Under the pieces are notes generated by a model. It did not search any database. It worked only from the letters and a program-made list of their open reading frames with translations, and was not told the origin of the DNA. Below, piece by piece: positions 22,301 to 32,086 of a stretch of DNA of 32,086 bases; within the stretch, counting starts at the first letter, position 1, and each line of letters opens with the position of its first letter. Both the position numbers and the translations under genes were made by a program. The stretch comes from Octopus bimaculoides (Eukaryota): the NCBI RefSeq assembly GCF_001194135.2, contig NC_068997.1, positions 23,079,399 to 23,111,484 on the forward strand, in the 5' to 3' direction.

Positions 22301-22348
<48 letters not shown>

Positions 22349-22477
22349 CGCACACACATGCATACATATATACGACGGGCTTCTTTCAGTTTCCGTCTAC
22401 CAAATTCACTCACAAGGCTGTGCTCGGCCCGAGACTGTAATAGAAGACACTTGCCCAAGGTGCCACGCAGTGGGACT
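22123..22477 (-). mobile_element. Family A SINE, near full length, 5' box A missing
   Basis: Tail TTTGTTTCAGTC..GCCATGTTGGAGCACCGCCTTTAGTCG, internal (CA)n, and body GACGGGCTTCTTTCAGTTTCCGTCTACCAAA..GCCCAAGGTGCCACGCAGTGGGACT. Confidence 0.92.
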
Positions 22478-22479
22478 AT

Positions 22480-22586
22480 ATATGTATATATACACACACA
22501 CACATCACGCACACACACGCACACATACATACATACATACATACATACATATGTATGTATGTATGTGTGTGCGTATGTGTGTGTGT

Positions 22587-22631
<45 letters not shown>
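22480..22631. repeat. (CA)n/(TACA)n/(GT)n microsatellites
   Basis: Direct reading. Confidence 0.95.
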
Positions 22632-22635
<4 letters not shown>

Positions 22636-23489
22636 AATATCATGCATTAAAGTGTCTCCCCGTTTGCTGCCACCTGCCTTGTTAATTTCGCGGTTGAAAT
22701 GGAAGAAAGAAAGAGAGCGAGAGAGAGAGAGAGGGAGAGAAAGAGAGAGGAAGAGAAAGGAGGCGAAGGGAGAAAGGTAGAGTGAATGAGAGTGGAGGTA
22801 GAGAGTTTAGATGAGGAGCGAGAAGACGAAGGAAAAGAAGGAACGAAGGTCTAGTTTTGAAAGTCGAACAATAAAGAGGAAAAGGGAGAGAANNNNNNNN
22901 NNNNNNNNNNNNNNNNNNNNNNNNNNNNNNNNNNNNNNNNNNNNNNNNNNNNNNNNNNNNNNNNNNNNNNNNNNNNNNNNNNNNNNNNNNNNNNNNNNNN
23001 NNNNNNNNNNNNNNNNNNNNNNNNNNNNNNNNNNNNNNNNNNNNNNNNNNNNNNNNNNNNNNNNNNNNNNNNNNNNNNNNNNNNNNNNNNNNNNNNNNNN
23101 NNNNNNNNNNNNNNNNNNNNNNNNNNNNNNNNNNNNNNNNNNNNNNNNNNNNNNNNNNNNNNNNNNNNNNNNNNNNNNNNNNNNNNNNNNNNNNNNNNNN
23201 NNNNNNNNNNNNNNNNNNNNNNNNNNNNNNNNNNNNNNNNNNNNNNNNNNNNNNNNNNNNNNNNNNNNNNNNNNNNNNNNNNNNNNNNNNNNNNNNNNNN
23301 NNNNNNNNNNNNNNNNNNNNNNNNNNNNNNNNNNNNNNNNNNNNNNNNNNNNNNNNNNNNNNNNNNCATGCTGGAGCAAAATATAGAGAAGAAAGAAAAA
23401 AATAAATAATAAATACGCAAGACAGCTAAGGTAATAGATTTAGGGGAGTGGGGGTGGGAGTGGGATGCGACAAAGATGGAAAAAACGAT

Positions 23490-23529
23490 GGAGGTTGATG
23501 ATGATGATGACGACGACGACGACGACGAC

Positions 23530-23595
<66 letters not shown>

Positions 23596-23672
23596 GGTGG
23601 TGGTGGTAGTGGTAGTGGTGGTGGTTGTAACACTGATGATGATGATGATGATGATGAGAATAACGACGACGA
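23490..23672. repeat. (GAT)n/(GAC)n/(GGT)n trinucleotide array
   Basis: Direct reading; source of poly-Asp/Gly pseudo-ORFs. Confidence 0.96.
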
Positions 23673-23835
23673 AGAGAGAATAAAAGAATTGAGGGAAGAA
23701 AAAAAGAAAGAACGAAAGAATGAAATGTATAAATAAAGGAAAGGAAGAAAGAAAGAAAGAAAAAAAGAAAGAAAGAAAGGGAAGGAAAACGGAAATTGAA
23801 ATTGCACGAGGGCATCTCGGCTCCAACATTACTTA

Positions 23836-23878
<43 letters not shown>

Positions 23879-24409
23879 CTCCCTTTTTGACACGGTACAA
23901 TAACAACACCAAACACTAAGAATATAATCAAATAAATAAAGATGGAGGAAGAGGCAAGAGCTAGGAGAGGCTGATGGGAAGATAAGCGGAAATCAAGAAA
24001 TAAAGGTATATAACAACAATGACAGGACCGCTACAGCAAATACGGAACACACATACACGCATACACACACAGTGTGTGTATGCGTGTACGTGTGTTTCAA
24101 CGACTACCTGTCACCTCAGTGTCGAGAGAGAGAGAGAGAGAAAAAAAAGAAAATAATAATTATCTGTCACTTTGAACTCTGGCGATGGCATTTCACTTCC
24201 TATTGTTTTATTGGGAGTACGACCCAAAGCTGTTCTTCATTTATTATTCACCGGACTCGAACGCTGGACGAATGAGAGAAAAGACAGACTACTTAGCAAG
24301 GCATTCTGGTTTTGCTTTCAAAACTTTCTTGGACCCACCACCCGTCATCCCATCAGTAAATGTTTGAACACCGAACCTCGCGCCATGTTCATATTGTTAG
24401 TTCAGATTA

Positions 24410-24930
24410 AGGCGGCAAGCGGGCACAATTGTCAAACCGAATAAAATGCTATCGGCACTATTCCAAAATTTCAGGCACCGTGCCTATAGAAGTAAGTATG
24501 GAGTTCAAATGACGGGCAGCTGGCAGAATCTTTAACGCACCGGATAAAATGCTTAACGGCTTAAGATTTCACTGTATTTAGATTAAACGTTATGGCAAGC
24601 TTTCATAATCTGGAAGAGAAGGACAGTATGCAACTGTGTCAAAAATTCTAGAACATTTCGTACGCTCAGTCAGATGCTTCGCAGCGAGTTCATGTCCAAA
24701 CAAGAGCAGGTTTTGCGTTGCGAAAACGCAACCAGGGTTATATATGAGTTCTGAGTTCAAATTCCGCTCTCCTTTTTTCAAATTTCTACATTCGTGCATT
24801 TATTACAAATAATTTGGTGGATTAGCACAATCGTTAGAACACTGGATAAAATGCCTTGTAGCATTTAAATCGGCGTTTTATATCCATCTGAGTTCAAATC
24901 CCGCTGAAGACAGCTTTACGTTTATTCTCG
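24410..24930 (+). mobile_element. Cluster of fragmented family B SINE heads
   Basis: GCAGCTGGCAGAATC..CCGGATAAAATGCTTAACGGC (about 24516-24560), GTTCTGAGTTCAAATTCCGC (about 24748-24767), and AATCGTTAGAACACTGGATAAAATGCC..CTGAGTTCAAATCCCGC (about 24829-24904). Confidence 0.7.
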
Positions 24931-25052
24931 CCCAGCGTCTTTTTTCAGTTATATGGCATTTATTATGTTTTAGTGGTTCTATTATATTAATATTACTATT
25001 AAGGGTTTGTGTGTTTATATCACTATATTTACTTCCACTTCTATTTGTGATT

Positions 25053-25101
<49 letters not shown>
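25053..25101. repeat. (TAT)n microsatellite
   Basis: Direct reading. Confidence 0.97.
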
Positions 25102-25299
25102 CATGATTGTAATTATGGTGAGTTTTTTTATATGTATTATTCTTTCGTCTATTTGAACTGGCAATAATAGATTCAATGTTTAGTGTTGTGGAAAATGAAA
25201 TTTTAATGCATGATCTATTGAATATATGGTGATATTTGTGATCTGTGGGGGAACATTTTTAAAATTAAATTAAGGAATTTTTTTGCTAAGCCTTTGACT

Positions 25300-25517
25300 C
25301 TTAAGGAAGATGGAGGTGTAACCGCTGAGGCACAAGTCCAAGCAAGATTGTTTATGGAAGAAGAGCAGTCGCACATGCATACCAGCCTCTCTTCTCCATG
25401 CCGGCGATTTTGACCAAGAGAAAAGTAAAGGCACCAGTGACGTCACAAGTCATTTATACAGATGAGTGCACCGGAGCAATGTGAAAATAAAGTGTCTTGC
25501 TCAAGAAGACAACACGC
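25300..25517 (-). mobile_element. SINE related to family C, head missing
   Basis: ATGAGTGCACCGGAGCAATGTGAAAATAAAGTGTCTTGCTCAAGAAGACAACACGC aligns to 14512-14565. Confidence 0.75.
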
Positions 25518-25652
25518 AAAAAAACGCATAGAAAGTAATACACATAAATACATACACAAACACACACAAACACACACACACACATACACACACATATATA
25601 CAAATATACATCCACACTTAAACACTTTGAAACTAATACATACATATACATA

Positions 25653-25685
<33 letters not shown>

Positions 25686-25776
25686 GAGAGTACGTATGTA
25701 TGTGTATATGTATGTATGTATGTATGTATATGTATGTATGTATGTATATGTATGTATGTATGTATGTATATATATT

Positions 25777-25807
<31 letters not shown>

Positions 25808-27429
25808 ATNNNNNNNNNNNNNNNNNNNNNNNNNNNNNNNNNNNNNNNNNNNNNNNNNNNNNNNNNNNNNNNNNNNNNNNNNNNNNNNNNNNNNNNNNNN
25901 NNNNNNNNNNNNNNNNNNNNNNNNNNNNNNNNNNNNNNNNNNNNNNNNNNNNNNNNNNNNNNNNNNNNNNNNNNNNNNNNNNNNNNNNNNNNNNNNNNNN
26001 NNNNNNNNNNNNNNNNNNNNNNNNNNNNNNNNNNNNNNNNNNNNNNNNNNNNNNNNNNNNNNNNNNNNNNNNNNNNNNNNNNNNNNNNNNNNNNNNNNNN
26101 NNNNNNNNNNNNNNNNNNNNNNNNNNNNNNNNNNNNNNNNNNNNNNNNNNNNNNNNNNNNNNNNNNNNNNNNNNNNNNNNNNNNNNNNNNNNNNNNNNNN
26201 NNNNNNNNNNNNNNNNNNNNNNNNNNNNNNNNNNNNNNNNNNNNNNNNNNNNNNNNNNNNNNNNNNNNNNNNNNNNNNNNNNNNNNNNNNNNNNNNNNNN
26301 NNNNNNNNNNNNNNNNNNNNNNNNNNNNNNNNNNNNNNNNNNNNNNNNNNNNNNNNNNNNNNNNNNNNNNNNNNNNNNNNNNNNNNNNNNNNNNNNNNNN
26401 NNNNNNNNNNNNNNNNNNNNNNNNNNNNNNNNNNNNNNNNNNNNNNNNNNNNNNNNNNNNNNNNNNNNNNNNNNNNNNNNNNNNNNNNNNNNNNNNNNNN
26501 NNNNNNNNNNNNNNNNNNNNNNNNNNNNNNNNTTCTCTCCCTCTCTCCCTCTCTCCTTCTCTCCCTCTCTCCCTCTCTCCCTCTATCTGTCTGTCTGTCT
26601 GTCGCTGTCTCTGTCACTCTTTCTCTCTCTCTCTCTCCCTTTCTCTCTTCATTTTCATTCTATATCTATCTTTCTCAAAAATTTTATTTTCTCGTTCTTG
26701 CTTCTTCTTTCACACTCTCTTCCTCTCTGCCTCTCTCACTCCTCTTACCCTCTCTCTCACTCTCTCCCTTTTATCCTCATTCGCTACCATGGTCTACTCC
26801 TCTCTCTCTATACCGCTCGTTTCATCGTTGTTCTTATTGTTGTTGTAATTGCTGTTGTAGTTGTTGCTTTTCCTTCTATGCTTTAATAATTATACACAGA
26901 AACCTCCACATATGTTCATAAACATAAAATGTCAACGAGGGCAATAAAGAAAAAACATCAACCAATAAAAATTAAAAACAACCAAACAACAAACAAGAAC
27001 AACAAAAATATACACAGGAGCAACAAGAAGGGAAAAATGACCTCCCGTCACCCACGAAAATAACCCCTGAAAACGTGCAATAAAACGTATTTATGGGGTC
27101 GGTTTCTGTTTTTTTATTATATTCTTTAGAAGCTGCTTTTGGCGTTTTTGTTTTAGTTTTTTTGTATGGGGTTAAAATGGGATGGGATTGTAAATGTACG
27201 GATCTTGAAGGTGGGCAAAAGGTTATAAAATACAATATGTGTATGCTAATATATATATATATATATAAATATATTTGTGTCTGCATGTGTGTATATCTCA
27301 GTGTGTATGCGTGTGTACAACAACTGATGGTTGGTTATTTATTGTTTGTTTTATTGCTTTAGCTGTTTAGTATAAAATGAGAAATTTTTTTCATATGTAT
27401 CATAGAGAGCATTTTCGGTCCGTTTAGTC

Positions 27430-28560
27430 GAGTCACAGATGAGACGTCGTGCTTACCAAGATATCAGACCATAGCAGATGATACTGTTTTGTACAACATA
27501 TACCTCATGCTATATACTTCAATATACACTAGATGATACGTAAAATACATTATACACAAGATGCTATACCATGGAATTTCTACCAAATGATACCCATTCG
27601 TACTGTCATATAGCATGTGATACTCTACTATATAGTTTATATCAAATGATACATACCTTACAATATATACGTAAGGATCCCTTACAATATATATACCAAA
27701 GGATACGAAACCATATAATATACACGGGATGATATATTATATATACCAAATGAACTATACAATACAGTTTGCACCAGATATCATCCCATGCCATTTAATG
27801 TACATTCCACGAATCCTTCATATATTGTTTATATCAAATGATACATACTTTACAGTATATACCAAAGGATATCATATGACATAAGGGATACCAAACCATG
27901 CAACACACACAAAATGGAAAAAGCCTTATAACAAGTACCGAATGACGATACATCATAGATACCATCATAATACCAAATGATTCTATACCACACCATTCAT
28001 TATACATCACTTGATACGCTACTATACAGTTTATATTAAAGGATACTACACTAAACAATATATATACCAAATGAGAAACACAATATACAAGTACGCCAGG
28101 AGAACGTCCCGTATTTTACAAGATTATTGATGTGTTGCTTATACAATTTTACTGATGACTATGATATTGTCATATCGTTAATGTTTAATCGTTTATTTCA
28201 TTTACCGATTGTGTTTGGACTGAGACACATCGAGCGTTTGTTGTTGACACATTTATCAAAATGTTGAATTTATGCGGTTTATTTTTATACCACATCCTGT
28301 ATAACACTTTACCCTACAATGTATACCAATGGATGCAAAATTATAGAAAATATACAAAACAATAACAAGCTATAGCTTACTTACTGGATTACACCATGCC
28401 ATGTCTACCATGTGATACCGGAACACCATATCTTACCATATTTACCCCATATCTACGAAGTTATACAATGTTACACAATTTCTACCAGATTATGGAATCA
28501 TGCCGCACAATATCAGTTAAATAATACCAAGCGATATCTGTAAATTTATACAAAAAACGA
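27430..28560. repeat. Degenerate AT-rich satellite, core about ATATACCAAA(T/G)GATAC, interrupted at about 28090-28280
   Basis: Core recurs more than 10 times with irregular spacing of about 25-50 bp; unit length not determinable by eye. Confidence 0.7.
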
Positions 28561-28620
28561 TGGCATTTATATTTAATTGATAGTATTCCACTCAAAACAA
28601 TATAAACCATAATATGCCAT

Positions 28621-28663
<43 letters not shown>

Positions 28664-28688
28664 NNNNNNNNNNNNNNNNNNNNNNNNN

Positions 28689-28734
<46 letters not shown>

Positions 28735-28736
<2 letters not shown>

Positions 28737-28758
28737 ACCCTAACCCTAACCCTAACCC
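28735..28758 (-). repeat. Interstitial (TTAGGG)4 telomere-type repeat
   Basis: (TAACCC)4 directly following a (CT)n tract. Confidence 0.85.
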
Positions 28759-28950
28759 TTTCCATACACCAAGAAAATAATTTAACAACACACATACCAA
28801 ACTTTCGTGATATGAAAATAACTGATATATTATAATACATTATAAACTATAAAGATATGCAGTACATAATGTGAAAATTATATCCTATAAAATATTAAAA
28901 TATATATTTGTTTTGCAAGATTTTTGATGTGAAATCGTGTGTTGAAACAG

Positions 28951-29083
28951 ATGTTGTTGTACTTGGGGATGGTCATATTGCCAGTTTAGCCAATAAAGCT
29001 GAAGCAAATTAACACCAAATATACAGTGCGTGTGTTTTTATTGGCTAAACTGGCAATATGACCATCCCCAAGTACAACAACAT
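28951..29083. repeat. Perfect 47-bp inverted repeat with 39-nt spacer
   Basis: 28951-28997 is the exact reverse complement of 29037-29083 (checked base by base). Confidence 0.97.
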
Positions 29084-29227
29084 TAAAATATATATTATAC
29101 TAAAATATATTTTGCTATATATATTTCATAATATAGTATGTAATATAAGGATTTACTGCAAAATATTATAGTATAGGATAGCAGACATTGTACAATAATA
29201 GTATATTATGATATATATAAATACAAA

Positions 29228-29428
29228 GGGAGCGAGTAGGCAGAAACGTTAGCACGCCGGGCGAAATGCCTAGTGGTATTTCGTCTATCAAATTCCGCCG
29301 AGGTCGACTTGGCTTTTCATCCTTTCGGGGTCGATATATTAGGAACCAGTTGCGTATTGGAGTCGATCTAATCGACTGTCCCCCTCCCCCAAAATTTCGG
29401 GCCTTGTGCCTAGAGTAGAACAGAATAT
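29228..29428 (+). mobile_element. Family B SINE with box B partly deleted
   Basis: GGCAGAAACGTTAGCACGCCGGGCGAAATGCC..TCAAATTCCGCCGAGGTCGACTTGGCTTTTCATCCTTTCGGGGTCGAT; homologous to 8667-8860. Confidence 0.9.
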
Positions 29429-30033
29429 TCCAATGAATGTGTACCCATATATATCCCACCAAACGAATAAAAAATACACCAACCACAAGTAAATAACTAC
29501 AAAACTCTAGCAACAAAAACCTGACAAAGACCGATATACTTTATCAAGATATGAAAAAGATATAAATAAGCCAATGAATAATCGATAAAGGAAATGAGCA
29601 ACGTTTATGGAAACATATTTTATAAATATCTAATTAACATGTATATTTAATTAATTTTATGATTTTGAAATACAATCGGATATTTAAACAAAAGATTCCT
29701 AAAAGTAAATAAATAAGAAAATATATAAAATAAATTGTTAATTTGTAAAATATAAAGAAAGATGGGTAAACAGAATGAATCAATGGATGAAGGAAGGAAG
29801 GAAGGAAGGAAGGAAAAAAGAAAGAAGGAATGAATGAAATGAAAATATCAAATAGCGAAGGTGTTACGTGATAAAATATTTATTTCATTCATAAAATATT
29901 TTCTTACATTTCTCATTATTAACTGACGTATTGGAAGTATTTCAAAACTATTTGTTGGAAAAATGTATGCATATGCGTTTTTATGAGTGTGTGCACGTGT
30001 CTATCTATCTATCTATCTACGTACATACATACA

Positions 30034-30061
<28 letters not shown>

Positions 30062-30064
<3 letters not shown>

Positions 30065-30270
30065 TTATTAGTGTGGGTGTATTTGTGTTTGTGTTTGTCC
30101 TATCGTCGCTTGGCAAGCGGTGTTCGTTTGTTTACGGCCCTGTATCCAAGCGGTTCAGCCAAAGATACCGATAGAATTTAGTTTCCAGACTTAAAAACAA
30201 AAGTATTAAGAAAGATTTGATGGGCTAAATTCTTGAAACCGTGTCCTAACATGGCTGCAGTTCAATAAAT
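30062..30270 (+). mobile_element. Family A SINE 3' half, diverged, downstream of (TATC)n/(TACA)n
   Basis: GTGTTTGTCC..CGCTTGGCAAGCGGTG..GCGGTTCAGCCAAAGATACCGATAGAAT..AACATGGCTGCAG is homologous to the 3' half of the other copies. Confidence 0.7.
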
Positions 30271-30648
30271 TAAGGAAAATTCTTTCATTATATAATGATT
30301 AATGTCCTCATTTACCAACCCCGATCACATTTGTAGGGACATGTATGCAAAGACATACATCAAACATACATACCTGCATGTATAAACGTATATGTATAGC
30401 CATACGTGGCATAGATATATATCAACATTGATGAAATTATATACATATATATATAGAGAGAGAGAGAGATGCATGTACAAATATACATGCATTGGCTTAC
30501 ATTAAGAATGTACACATGCAAAAACGTGCACACACATTTAAAACAGCAACAGCGGATGGATGTTCACATGTACTTTTATCAAATGTCAGTCGTTCTAATT
30601 TAAAACAGATTTTTCATTGAATTTAACCATACATGCTCAGTTGCACAC

Positions 30649-30651
<3 letters not shown>

Positions 30652-30700
<49 letters not shown>

Positions 30701-30730
30701 GGAGGGAGCGGGAGGGAGCGAGAGAAGGAG
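30652..30730. repeat. (AG)n and GA-rich simple sequence
   Basis: Direct reading. Confidence 0.96.
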
Positions 30731-32086
30731 AAAGAGAGTGGGGTGAGAGACGGAGAAAGCTGGAGAAAATATGGGAGTGTATTTCTGTGGTATGTGAGTG
30801 TGTGTGTGTGTGTATCTGTCTAAGATAGAAAGGGAAAACATAAACAGAGAACNNNNNNNNNNNNNNNNNNNNNNNNNNNNNNNNNNNNNNNNNNNNNNNN
30901 NNNNNNNNNNNNNNNNNNNNNNNNNNNNNNNNNNNNNNNNNNNNNNNNNNNNNNNNNNNNNNNNNNNNNNNNNNNNNNNNNNNNNNNNNNNNNNNNNNNN
31001 NNNNNNNNNNNNNNNNNNNNNNNNNNNNNNNNNNNNNNNNNNNNNNNNNNNNNNNNNNNNNNNNNNNNNNNNNNNNNNNNNNNNNNNNNNNNNNNNNNNN
31101 NNNNNNNNNNNNNNNNNNNNNNNNNNNNNNNNNNNNNNNNNNNNNNNNNNNNNNNNNNNNNNNNNNNNNNNNNNNNNNNNNNNNNNNNNNNNNNNNNNNN
31201 NNNNNNNNNNNNNNNNNNNNNNNNNNNNNNNNNNNNNNNNNNNNNNNNNNNNNNNNNNNNNNNNNNNNNNNNNNNNNNNNNNNNNNNNNNNNNNNNNNNN
31301 NNNNNNNNNNNNNNNNNNNNNNNNNNNNNNNNNNNNNNNNNNNNNNNNNNNNNNNNNNNNNNNNNNNNNNNNNNNNNNNNNNNNNNNNNNNNTATATATA
31401 TAAATGTATATCTATGTGTTTGTGTATAAACATATACACATACCTGTATATACAAGAGCACACTAAGAGATATACATAAACGATATGCATATGTCTCTGT
31501 ACTTACATATATGTTGACACGCACGCATTTACAGACACAGATATTTGGAAACACTCGCTTAAAAACACACATACTCACGGACACTCACGCACACATGCAT
31601 ATCCACCTATACACACACACATATATATATATGAACATACACGACCCATTATATAATGCCCAACTACGATTCCAATATTCTCTCCTACATACATATTGTT
31701 CATATTTCTCTTCACAATTTCTTAATATGTAAATCATATATTCTCAATTCATTTTTAGATTATTCATCAAAATATGAAAACACATGTCAAATGCACACGC
31801 ACACACACGTACGCACGTACACACACACACACACACGTGCGCGCACGCATTTTTATCTCTTTTAAAAACCAAACACAAATATACAAACGTCATTTATACA
31901 CACACAGCAACAGATTATATTTATAGTTTACCTATATAATTTACATACAAACTTAAATTTATTTACATATATGGACGCATATATGTTTATTTATACATAT
32001 GTCTTACTTAAAATCTTTGTAGATAAGTAAATGCGAGTGTTTTCATATTTTGATGAGTTCTTTAAAATTGGTTATTTTCCCTAAAA

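Noticed and set aside
24718-24733. GTTGCG-AAAA-CGCAAC hairpin resembling an intrinsic terminator
   Set aside because: A 6-bp stem is expected by chance, there is no U-tract, and the context is eukaryotic.
25454-26921. Several 380-470 aa ORFs, and similar long ORFs at 2916-3923, 9138-9988, 12907-13996, 16300-16999, 17881-18521, 21624-22283, 22807-23807 and 30600-31584
   Set aside because: Their length comes from N-runs (X residues) and dinucleotide repeats, which contain no stop codons.

Overview
Eukaryotic, repeat-dense, AT-rich genomic DNA from a draft short-read assembly: 15 N-gaps totalling about 5.5 kb, most abutting microsatellites. The SINE families, recognised from memory and not database-checked, plus the extreme microsatellite density point to an octopod cephalopod (Octopus-like); this assignment is inference. 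No intact protein-coding gene, rRNA, tRNA gene, CRISPR array or prokaryote-type system is supported. The long ORFs in the supplied track are artefacts of simple repeats or N-runs. The window reads as intron or intergenic DNA containing at least four SINE families, decayed R4/Dong-type and RTE-type LINE fragments, two mariner derivatives (one a fold-back with about 250-280 bp inverted arms), a hAT-type MITE end, a probable 153-bp solo LTR, and two mini/satellite arrays. The best leads are a variant minimal type-I hammerhead ribozyme (minus strand, 20764-20800), a perfect 47-bp hairpin (28951-29083), a candidate 12-nt microexon (20157-20168), and several promoter/enhancer-like unique segments (11390-11449, 19165-19398, 19670-19990). 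I found no convincing new multi-gene system.
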